A stretch of DNA of 59,384 bases, taken from positions 1 through 59,384 of the forward strand of contig JAOZSS010000002.1 in NCBI GenBank assembly GCA_029939545.1, given 5' to 3'. How positions within the stretch are numbered: position 1 is the first letter of the stretch; the number at the start of each line of letters is the position of its first letter. The translations under genes and the position numbers were made by a program. The notes beneath the pieces are model-generated. The model saw only the letters and a list, made by a program, of their open reading frames with translations. It made no database searches and was not told the origin of the DNA. Positions 19,436 to 27,361 of this stretch are shown here, one piece after another. Source of the DNA: Kiritimatiellia bacterium (lineage in GTDB: Bacteria; Verrucomicrobiota; Kiritimatiellia; UBA8416; JABMPJ01).

Positions 19436-19593
19436 CCGGGCACGCTCGCAGGGCATCACCGCGTGCGGTTCCCTAATATATGGGGGGCGCTTAGTCGCAT
19501 GAGTGAGAGCGGAAGACCGGTTACACCCCTCGAGGAATAGCCCTTCTGATAAAGGGTATTGAACTGCTGCATAGGTGGGCGTAATCTGTGTCT

Positions 19594-22500
19594 ATGACTA
19601 AACGGGCTATACTGTTTGGCGTCGCAGCACTGTGTCTGGCGCTGGCTGTTCCGGGGTGGACGGTGGAGTACACCTCGTCTGAAGTGCGCCCGGCGGGCGA
19701 TGTAGACGGCTACTGGGATAGTGTCGCCGCGTCAGGTGACGGCAGGACTCTCATCGCGGGCCACTACGATGGCCGCCTCTATACCTCTACCGATATAGGG
19801 CAATCCTGGGTTGAACGCCAACCCGCCGGTGACACGAACCTGTACTGGAGCGGCGTAGCCTGCTCGGGTGACGGCGCTGTCATGCTGGCGGCCTCGGCTT
19901 GGGATATGTATACATCACCGGGGCGGCTCTATGCGTCCATCAACGGCGGCCAGAGCTGGGCCGAGGAGCAGCCGGCCGGAGACGCTGACCTCATATGGAC
20001 TGCCTTGGCCTGTTCGGCGGACGGGCGGACCGTGCTCGTGGGTGTGGGTGGCGGAATCGGTGGTCGGCTCTATATCCAGCGTGGCGGTCCGGGCAATGCC
20101 TGGCTGGAGACACAGCCGTCGGGTCCGACGAATTTCCTCTGGACCTCCGTGGCCTGCTCAGGCGACGGGTCGGTTCTGATGGGCTGCGCGCGGAGCGGAG
20201 GGGTCTATCTCTCGCGCAACAACGGCGTATCCTGGACTCAGGTGTTGCCAACCGGGCCGCAGACGGAGCTGTGGAGTGCGGTTGCGATGTCAGCTTTCGG
20301 TCAGCATCTGTACGTGGCGCATGGATTTGATGGGGGCCGACTCTACGGATCGAGCGACGGCGGGCAGAGCTGGGACGAACTGCGGCCGGGAGGAGATACC
20401 GATATCGGCTGGTCTGGTCTTGCCTGCTCGGGCAACGGGCGCGGGGTGCTGGCCGTCGCAGAGTATGGTCGCGCGTATGCATCGGATGATGCCGGGGGCA
20501 CGTGGGACGAGTGGGTGCCGTCGGGTGCGAGCAACCATGCCTGGCAGTCGGCGACCATGTCAGTCGACGGACGACGCGTCACGGCGGGACAGGGCCCGGG
20601 TCGGCTCTACAGCGGCGCGATTACCAGCGGTGTGTCACGGTTCTTTTACGAGGCATCGGACAGCAACGGCGTCTCCCAGATCTGGACCTGCCTGACGGAT
20701 GGCAGCGGGGAGCTGCAGCTCTTTGACGACAGCAACAATCGCTACCTTGTCGCCGTGTCGGCTGATCAAACGAAGCTAGCCTATATCATGAACGACGGGG
20801 CGCTGAAATGGATTTGCACATCCGACATCAACGGCACCAACGAACGGAAGCTGATTTCGACAGACACGACCGATGCTTTTGGGTGCGTTAACTGGCATCC
20901 TGATGGAGTGCACCTGATTTACACTGAAAGAACGGACAATGGTTCACGCAATGGAGATGTGTTCCGTTGCGATACCAGTGGATCCAACATCGAGAACCTC
21001 ACGTCAAACTGGACCTACAACAAGCACTACGCCGCCTACGCGCCTGATGGAGCACAGTTCTGCATGGGGCGCAACGAGACGGGATGGTATGCGTTTCCCC
21101 AGAACCTGTTTGTGTGCGACGCCGATGGTAGCAATGAGAGGATTCTTACGGATCATGGTGCTGGCGAGGATAAGAAGGTCAACACATGCAGGTACTCGCC
21201 AAGTGGAGCGCAGATCGTCTATCAGTTGGGGTACGGTTCCAATGATTCCGGGATTTGGACTATCCGTCCGGATGGGCACTATCAGTCCAACATTATTGTC
21301 GCTGGCGCCTTCCGTAACCAGGGCCCCGCCTTCACGCGCGATGGCACCCAGGTGGTGTTTACCCGCTACACCGGCGGGCGCTGGCAGCTTGCGACCTGTG
21401 ATCCGGATGGGTCGAACGTGCAGGTGCTCTCTATGTCCAGCGCCTTGAATCGCAAACAGCCCTGCCATGCCGTTGTGGAAGGGCTAGCATCCTTGGCTGG
21501 GCGTGTTCGCTGCGACATGTGGCCACCGCGTGCTGTGGTGGAGGGAGCGCGCTGGCGTCTGACCGAAGGCGCGGACGTCGAGTGGCACGACTCGGGCGAG
21601 GTGTCGGACTTGCTGGCCGTCGATCAGAATCCCTATACCGTGGAGTTCGATTACATAACCGACTACTGCGAGCCCGAGGACGTGGACGTTACGATCAGCC
21701 ACGGTGTCATCAGTGAAGTTGATGGGGTGTATATGCCCTGCGACATGGCATACATCAACGGCGGAACGTTTCAGATGGGGCTCTACCTGGGGCAGGGCGG
21801 GCACAGCGTGACGCTGGACGATTTCATGATGGATTATGGTGAGGTCACGGTGGCCGAGTATCAGTCCTACTGTTTCGATACCGGACAAACCATGCCGGAC
21901 CCGCCCCCGTGGGGCTGGAGCAACAGCAGCCTGCCTGTCGTGAACGTGACATGGAACGATGCCGCCGCATTCGCCGCCTGGGCCGGCAAGCGTCTGCCGA
22001 CGGAGGCGGAGTTCGAGTATGCCATGCGAGGGGGCGCGGCCGACCAGCTCTATCCATGGGGGGATACGATTAGCTCCGAAAGCGCCAACTACATGGGTGC
22101 GGCTATCGGGCAACCGACAGTGGCAGGGAGTTTCGCCTCGAGTAGCTACTACCTCTATGACATTGCGGGGAACGTGAACGAGTGGTGCTACGACTGGTAC
22201 GAGGCACCGCTGACGGGGCCGGTGACCAATCCTATCGGCCCGGCGAGCGGTGCCTACAAGGTGAGCCGGAGCGGATCCTGGGTCAACCGCGCGCGGCAGC
22301 TCCGTTGCTCGTCCCGGATCTACCGCAATCAGTCGGTCCGCTACATCGATCTCGGGTTCCGGTGTGCGGCGGAAGCCGGGCAAGGCTATATGGAAGAGCA
22401 GTTTGCGGGGGCGCCCGACTGGTGGGTGTTTTCGCATTTCGGTCTCGAGGTCGGCGGCCCCGGCGGGTGGTATGACCCGCTGCGCGATAGCGATGGCGAC

Positions 22501-22782
22501 GGTAGCTCCGATGAGGCTGAGTTCGCAGCGGGCACCAGCCCCACCGATGCGACCTCGGTCCTCAGTATCGAGCGTGTTGTGCCGATGGCCGATGGCGCGG
22601 GATACGTTGTGGAATGGGCGAGCGAACCGGGGCGAGTCTACACGCTGGAACACTGTGAGGCGTTGGGAGCAGGTTATCAGCCGGTAGCAGGCAACATCCC
22701 GGCCACGCCCCCTGTGAACACGTATAGCGTGAGCGGCCCACACGCAGCCGTGGGATTCTACCGGGTGAGGATTCCGCAATGA
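19594..22782 (+). CDS. giant secreted multidomain protein: BNR/Asp-box propeller + TolB-like (PD40) propeller + FGE-sulfatase (SUMF1) domain + TSP3-like Ca-binding + C-terminal domain
   Basis: Signal peptide MTKRAILFGVAALCLALAVPGW. At least 5 Asp-boxes (STDIGQSW, SINGGQSW, SRNNGVSW, SSDGGQSW, SDDAGGTW). PD40-like repeats (SPSGAQIVYQ, FTRDGTQVVFTR, DPDGSN). FGE motifs (GGTFQMG, VNVTWNDAAAFAAWAGKRLPTEAEFEYAMRGG, GNVNEWCYDWY, RSGSW, GFRCA). DSDGDGSSDEAEF. Confidence 0.7.
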   Translation: MTKRAILFGVAALCLALAVPGWTVEYTSSEVRPAGDVDGYWDSVAASGDGRTLIAGHYDGRLYTSTDIGQSWVERQPAGDTNLYWSGVACSGDGAVMLAASAWDMYTSPGRLYASINGGQSWAEEQPAGDADLIWTALACSADGRTVLVGVGGGIGGRLYIQRGGPGNAWLETQPSGPTNFLWTSVACSGDGSVLMGCARSGGVYLSRNNGVSWTQVLPTGPQTELWSAVAMSAFGQHLYVAHGFDGGRLYGSSDGGQSWDELRPGGDTDIGWSGLACSGNGRGVLAVAEYGRAYASDDAGGTWDEWVPSGASNHAWQSATMSVDGRRVTAGQGPGRLYSGAITSGVSRFFYEASDSNGVSQIWTCLTDGSGELQLFDDSNNRYLVAVSADQTKLAYIMNDGALKWICTSDINGTNERKLISTDTTDAFGCVNWHPDGVHLIYTERTDNGSRNGDVFRCDTSGSNIENLTSNWTYNKHYAAYAPDGAQFCMGRNETGWYAFPQNLFVCDADGSNERILTDHGAGEDKKVNTCRYSPSGAQIVYQLGYGSNDSGIWTIRPDGHYQSNIIVAGAFRNQGPAFTRDGTQVVFTRYTGGRWQLATCDPDGSNVQVLSMSSALNRKQPCHAVVEGLASLAGRVRCDMWPPRAVVEGARWRLTEGADVEWHDSGEVSDLLAVDQNPYTVEFDYITDYCEPEDVDVTISHGVISEVDGVYMPCDMAYINGGTFQMGLYLGQGGHSVTLDDFMMDYGEVTVAEYQSYCFDTGQTMPDPPPWGWSNSSLPVVNVTWNDAAAFAAWAGKRLPTEAEFEYAMRGGAADQLYPWGDTISSESANYMGAAIGQPTVAGSFASSSYYLYDIAGNVNEWCYDWYEAPLTGPVTNPIGPASGAYKVSRSGSWVNRARQLRCSSRIYRNQSVRYIDLGFRCAAEAGQGYMEEQFAGAPDWWVFSHFGLEVGGPGGWYDPLRDSDGDGSSDEAEFAAGTSPTDATSVLSIERVVPMADGAGYVVEWASEPGRVYTLEHCEALGAGYQPVAGNIPATPPVNTYSVSGPHAAVGFYRVRIPQ

Positions 22783-23318
22783 TCGACCAGAAGCAGCGCG
22801 CCACGTTCCTGGCGGTGGGTGCGGTCAGTTTTTTGCTCGGGGTTCTAGTGCTCATCCTCGGGAAGCAATTCGACGAGTTTGCGCTCGTTGTGATGGGGCC
22901 GTGTTTCATGCTGACCGGTGTCACATGGACGATCGTCATTCTGCTGGCCTTCAAGTTTGCGAAAATCCCGCAGATGGAAGCCGTCTCCGCACCGGAACCG
23001 GAATCCGAACCGCAAGCGCACACCAGGGGACGTATCCGGCTGTCGGAATCCGGGTTTGTGGATCCGACCCACTGTTTCTGCCAGATCCCGGAGGCGGACA
23101 TGCGGCCATGGGTTGAGAAACGCTACGTCGAGCATGTGCCGACGATGGCGTTGTTAGAGTCGACCGACGACCCGCACGAGAAGGAAGTGATCAGTATTGT
23201 CGCCATGCTCGATGTCGATGACGACACCTTGTTGTGCGTGATGGGTGACGTCGATAAGCCCGATCACCACATCATCCACTGTCGCGAGAACATTCGGCGC
23301 ATGCTGGGCGTCGAATGA
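22779..23318 (+). CDS. hypothetical membrane protein
   Basis: Two N-terminal TM helices. ATGA overlaps at both ends (with the giant gene and with pabB). No recognisable family. Confidence 0.5.
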   Translation: MIDQKQRATFLAVGAVSFLLGVLVLILGKQFDEFALVVMGPCFMLTGVTWTIVILLAFKFAKIPQMEAVSAPEPESEPQAHTRGRIRLSESGFVDPTHCFCQIPEADMRPWVEKRYVEHVPTMALLESTDDPHEKEVISIVAMLDVDDDTLLCVMGDVDKPDHHIIHCRENIRRMLGVE

Positions 23319-25126
23319 CCGTCGCTCCCGTCTCCACTCCTTTCGGTGCCGCTCAGGGCAGGCCCGACGTCAATAGCGTCGTGCTGCAGGATCCATGGCG
23401 AGGATGCTGGGTCCGCTTTGCCCAACCCACCACTACCCTCGTGGCCCATGAGCGTGCCGACGTGATACCCGTGCTGGAAGCCGCTGCGGCGCTGGTCGAG
23501 AAAGAGGGGCTGACGGCGGCGGGCTTTGTCTCGTATGAAGCCGCTGGCGCCTTCGACTCCGCGCTGACGACGCATCCCGTTGATACGTTTCCGCTGGCCT
23601 GGTTCGGTTTGTATACCGAAGGTGAGCCGGTGGCCGCGCCCGCTCCACGTGAGCAGACGGATCTGCCCGATCCGACTGATTCTTCCGATCAACTGCCGGA
23701 CTGGACCCCCTCGCTGAGCGATGAAGCGTACCACGCGGCCATTGAGCGCGTGCGCGACTATATCGCGGCGGGCGATACCTACCAAGTCAACTTCTCGTTC
23801 CGGCTGCACGCGGAGGCACCGGATGATGCATGGGCGCTCTTCACTCGCATGGTGGGCGGATCGTCGAACGGTTACGCGGCATACGTTGACATCGGTGAGT
23901 GGGCCGTGTGTAGCGCCTCGCCCGAGCTCTTCTTTCGTCTCAGTGGGCGCGATATTGTCTCGCGGCCCATGAAAGGCACACGCCCGCGCGGCCGTTGGTT
24001 GGGCGAGGATGTGGCGCGGGCGCGCGAGCTGCAGCAGGCCGCCAAGGACCGTGCCGAGAACGTGATGATTGTCGACATGGTGCGCAACGATCTTGGGCGC
24101 ATCGCGGATCCCGGGACGGTGGAGGTCGCAAAACTGTTTGACGTCGAGCGCTATCCCACTGTGCTCCAGATGACGAGTACGGTGCATGGGCAGACGGATG
24201 CCGGATTGGTGGATATTTTCAAGGCGATTTTTCCGGCCGCATCTATCACCGGTGCCCCGAAAGCGCACACCATGGAACTCATCACGGAACTGGAGGATTC
24301 GCCGCGCCGGATCTATACCGGAACGATCGGGTACCTCGCCCCGAAACGCGAGGCGCAGTTCAACGTGGCCATTCGTTCAGCCCTGGTGGACCGCTCCCGC
24401 AACGAGGTTGAGTACGGGGTGGGGGGCGGCATCGTATGGGACAGCCGTGAGATGGCCGAGCTGGCAGAATGCTATACCAAGGCGGCCGTGCTGCGCACAC
24501 CGGCACCCGCATTCGAGTTACTGGAGTCCCTGCTCTGGGTGTCGGGTACAGGCTATTTTCTACCCGAGAAACACACGGACCGTCTGCAAGCGTCGGCCGA
24601 CTATTTCGGATGGCAGATTGATATGGACGGGGTTGGGAAAGCGTTGACGGTCGAGGCGGACGGGCTATCCGGCGAGGCGCACAAGGTGCGGCTGACCGTG
24701 GGGCCGAGCGGGCGCGTGGCCGTGACAAGTGCCGCGCTGCAGCCGTTGCCCGCGCCGTACCGCGTCGGCCTGGCAAACCGGCCAGTGGACGCCGAAGACC
24801 GATTCCTGTTTCACAAGACCACGCATCGGAAGGTATATGAAGAGGCGCGGACGGCGCACCCGGATGTGGATGACGTTCTGTTGTGGAACGCGGAAGGCGA
24901 ACTGACCGAGTCGACGATTGCCAACGTCGTGGTCGAGCTTGATGGTAAGCTCGTCACACCGCCGGTGCGTTGCGGGTTGCTCGCGGGTGTCTACCGCGCG
25001 TTTCTGCTGGCGAGCGGCGCGGTGAGTGAATCGGTGGTCCATCGCGACGACCTGGCACGCTGCACAAGGGTGTGCCTGGTGAACTCAGTGAGAGGTATGT
25101 GGGATGTGGTTCTGGAGAGTGTGTGA
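23315..25126 (+). CDS. pabB: aminodeoxychorismate synthase component I fused to aminodeoxychorismate lyase-like (class IV aminotransferase fold) domain
   Basis: Chorismate-binding motifs PELFFRL, RPMKGTRPRG, ENVMIVDMVRNDLGRI, ITGAPK, RRIYTGTIGY, GGGIVWDS. The C-terminal ~220 aa carry FHKTTHR and LLWNAEGELTESTIANVV, typical of PabC/IlvE-fold proteins. Confidence 0.8.
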   Translation: MTVAPVSTPFGAAQGRPDVNSVVLQDPWRGCWVRFAQPTTTLVAHERADVIPVLEAAAALVEKEGLTAAGFVSYEAAGAFDSALTTHPVDTFPLAWFGLYTEGEPVAAPAPREQTDLPDPTDSSDQLPDWTPSLSDEAYHAAIERVRDYIAAGDTYQVNFSFRLHAEAPDDAWALFTRMVGGSSNGYAAYVDIGEWAVCSASPELFFRLSGRDIVSRPMKGTRPRGRWLGEDVARARELQQAAKDRAENVMIVDMVRNDLGRIADPGTVEVAKLFDVERYPTVLQMTSTVHGQTDAGLVDIFKAIFPAASITGAPKAHTMELITELEDSPRRIYTGTIGYLAPKREAQFNVAIRSALVDRSRNEVEYGVGGGIVWDSREMAELAECYTKAAVLRTPAPAFELLESLLWVSGTGYFLPEKHTDRLQASADYFGWQIDMDGVGKALTVEADGLSGEAHKVRLTVGPSGRVAVTSAALQPLPAPYRVGLANRPVDAEDRFLFHKTTHRKVYEEARTAHPDVDDVLLWNAEGELTESTIANVVVELDGKLVTPPVRCGLLAGVYRAFLLASGAVSESVVHRDDLARCTRVCLVNSVRGMWDVVLESV

Positions 25127-25149
25127 GAAGGTGAGTGTGTGAGAAGGTG
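25121..25149 (+). repeat. direct repeat GTGTGAGAAGGTG x2 (16-nt period) spanning the pabB stop and the Ldh_2 leader
   Basis: Read directly (25121-25133 and 25137-25149). Confidence 0.85.
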
Positions 25150-25158
25150 GGGGACAGA

Positions 25159-26274
25159 ATGAGTGACGCTGTATGTCATGTCGACTTCGAAACCATGGAA
25201 GCATTCATGGTGGATGTGTTCAAGGGGATGGGGGTGCCGGCGGACGATGCGGCGGTATGCGCCGAGGTCCTGATTGCGGCGGACAAGCGCGGCATCGATT
25301 CGCACGGAGTCGGGCGCCTCAAGCCGATCTATTATGACCGGATCATGGATCACAAGATCCAGCAGCCTGTCACCGAGTTCGAGATTGTGCGCGAGCAGGC
25401 CGCCACAGCCGTGGTCGACGGGCATCACGGCATGGGGATGGTGATTGCCAAGCGCTGCATGCAGATGGCGATCGACAAGGCCGCGGAGTTCGGTATGGGC
25501 ATGGTGGTGGCGCGCGATTCGACTCATTACGGGATCGCAGGCTTCTATCCCATGATGGCCTGCAACGCCGGCATGCTGGGGATGTGCGGTACCAACGCGC
25601 GTCCCTCGATAGCGCCAACCTTCGGCGTGGAAAACATGCTGGGGACCAACCCGCTGGTGTTCGGGTTCCCGACCGATGAGCCGTTCATCTTTACGAACGA
25701 CTACGCCACATCCGTTTCACAGCGCGGCAAGATCGAGCAGTACGCGCGCGAAGGCAAGGATCTGCCGGCGGGATGGGTGATCGATCGCGAGGGCCAGACC
25801 CGCACCGATGCCGTATCCGTCCTGGATGAGCTGGTGGCCGGTACGGCGGCACTGGTTCCGGTGGGCGGCATCGGCGAGGAGACGGCCGGCTATAAGGGGT
25901 ATGGCTACGCCACCGTCGTGGAGATTCTGTCGGCCGCGTTGCAGCAGGGCGCGTTCCTTAAGCAGCTTTCAGGGTTCGACGCCGATGGTGGCCGCGTGCC
26001 CTACCGGCTGGGCCATTTCTTTATGGCGGTCAACATTTCGGCGTTCACGGAGCTGGAGGCTTTCAAGAAGACGACTGGTGATATCCTGCGCGCGTTGCGC
26101 GGATCACAAAAAGCGCCCGGGGCGGAGCGCATCTACACGTGCGGAGAGAAGGAACACCTGGCCTGGCTCGAACGGAAGGACTCCGGCGTCCCGCTCGGAC
26201 CCGAGATCCAGAAACAGATCATCACGATGCGTGACGCACTCGGATTGGACGGCTATCGGTTTGAGTTTGAGTGA
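25159..26274 (+). CDS. Ldh_2-family (malate/L-lactate/sulfolactate-type) NAD(P)H oxidoreductase
   Basis: AADKRGIDSHGVGRLKPIYYDRI, STHYGIAGFY, TNPLVFGFP, GYKGYGYATVVEILSAAL. ATG 25159 is preferred to GTG 25135, which lies in the repeat. Confidence 0.8.
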   Translation: MSDAVCHVDFETMEAFMVDVFKGMGVPADDAAVCAEVLIAADKRGIDSHGVGRLKPIYYDRIMDHKIQQPVTEFEIVREQAATAVVDGHHGMGMVIAKRCMQMAIDKAAEFGMGMVVARDSTHYGIAGFYPMMACNAGMLGMCGTNARPSIAPTFGVENMLGTNPLVFGFPTDEPFIFTNDYATSVSQRGKIEQYAREGKDLPAGWVIDREGQTRTDAVSVLDELVAGTAALVPVGGIGEETAGYKGYGYATVVEILSAALQQGAFLKQLSGFDADGGRVPYRLGHFFMAVNISAFTELEAFKKTTGDILRALRGSQKAPGAERIYTCGEKEHLAWLERKDSGVPLGPEIQKQIITMRDALGLDGYRFEFE

Positions 26275-26280
26275 CCGTGA

Positions 26281-26362
26281 GCCAATACGGCTCGCTGGAG
26301 ACAGCTCGCCCTAGCTGATCGAGGGCTGGGTAGAGCGAGCACTCCGAGCGAGCCGTATTGGC
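26281..26362. repeat. long inverted repeat (16-bp perfect arms GCCAATACGGCTCGCT / AGCGAGCCGTATTGGC, about 50-nt partly self-complementary interior) between convergent genes
   Basis: Read directly. Sits between the Ldh_2 stop (26274) and the stop of the Cys-rich ORF (26365). Possible bidirectional terminator, but no U tracts. Confidence 0.8.
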
Positions 26363-26364
26363 GG

Positions 26365-26583
26365 TTAATGCGATCGCTTATGGGGTGGGGGCCGTTTGCC
26401 CCGTTTTGACTTCCCGCGCGAGGCGCATCCGCCGTTCTTCTGGTTGAGACACAGAGCACACCGGGTATCGCTGCACATCTGGCAGCTATAGCAGTCGCGA
26501 CAGTTGTGCTTGCGCTGACAGGCTGGCTGAGCATCCGGCTGCCACACGAGCCCATCCAGCCCACGCATCTTGACCCATGCCAT
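26365..26583 (-). CDS. small Cys-rich basic protein, hypothetical
   Basis: 72 aa with the cluster C-x6-C-x2-C-x2-C-x2-C-x4-C-x2-C (ACQRKHNCRDCYSCQMCSDTRCALCL). Family not recognised; coding status uncertain. Confidence 0.35.
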   Translation of the reverse strand: MAWVKMRGLDGLVWQPDAQPACQRKHNCRDCYSCQMCSDTRCALCLNQKNGGCASRGKSKRGKRPPPHKRSH

Positions 26584-26655
26584 CGCGTCGCCCCTGTTCC
26601 CGGGAGGTTCGCTTAGACCGTCTAGTAGCCTATAGCCTAAACCCCTACAGCCTTC

Positions 26656-27132
26656 TTATATGACTGTTTTGGGCAGCAGGATCAGCAGAATCTTTGGTTC
26701 CTGCTGGCTGGCCTTGACGAGCGTTGGCGCCACAACGGTGAGCTTCAGGTAGAGGTCGCCGACGACGAGCATGTAGTTGCCGTTGTCGATGGCCGGTAGC
26801 GAGAAGAATCCATCACGGTCCGTTGTCGTCTCATGGAGGAGTTTATCCGGGACGGTCTTGCCGCGTGCGCTCTTTTTCCAGGTCCAGACCTGTACTCTGA
26901 GGCCTTGGATAATCGTCCGCTCCTCAACGCGTGTTTCGAGAATGACGATCTTGCCTCGCACGGTCGCTTTTTCCATTACGATCGGAACGCGCCATCTTCT
27001 GACCTTCTTTTCGGCTGCCACGGCCTGATCAACAGGCAGGCACATGCCTGCCAGTATCAAGACCGCGACCAGACGGTCAATACCGCCCCACAATGTGGTT
27101 GTCATAGCATTCCTCCCTTTCATGGAGGTCAA
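26656..27132 (-). CDS. hypothetical exported protein with carboxypeptidase-regulatory-like beta-sandwich
   Basis: Hydrophobic N-terminus LVAVLILAGMCLPV, then VRGKIV...DRDGFFSLPAIDNGNYMLVV, typical of CarboxypepD_reg-like folds. The start could be ATG 27105. Confidence 0.45.
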   Translation of the reverse strand: MTSMKGRNAMTTTLWGGIDRLVAVLILAGMCLPVDQAVAAEKKVRRWRVPIVMEKATVRGKIVILETRVEERTIIQGLRVQVWTWKKSARGKTVPDKLLHETTTDRDGFFSLPAIDNGNYMLVVGDLYLKLTVVAPTLVKASQQEPKILLILLPKTVI

Positions 27133-27361
27133 ATATAAAGGTGAGCAAGCTCACTGTGTTTTCGTCTGTTTGCATTCTCAATATGAACAGGTCAGGCAAC
27201 CAGTTCAAGCAATAAAAGAGGGATCTTCTGCTGCGCCGAAAATCGGGTCGCCAGGATGTAGGCTATGGACGGTAGGCCGAGGGGCACAATGCGAACGAAG
27301 CATACCGCATGATTCCGGTGAGATCATTACCTTCAAACAACAGCTCCTACAGTCTACAGCC

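Noticed and set aside
21484-22779. 431-aa minus-strand ORF (similar cases: 23264..24268, 27044..28069, 39459..40379, 43702..44688, 56667..57632)
   Set aside because: All lie fully inside, and antisense to, genes with clear family motifs. Their Arg/His/Gly/Pro-rich composition marks them as high-GC shadow ORFs.
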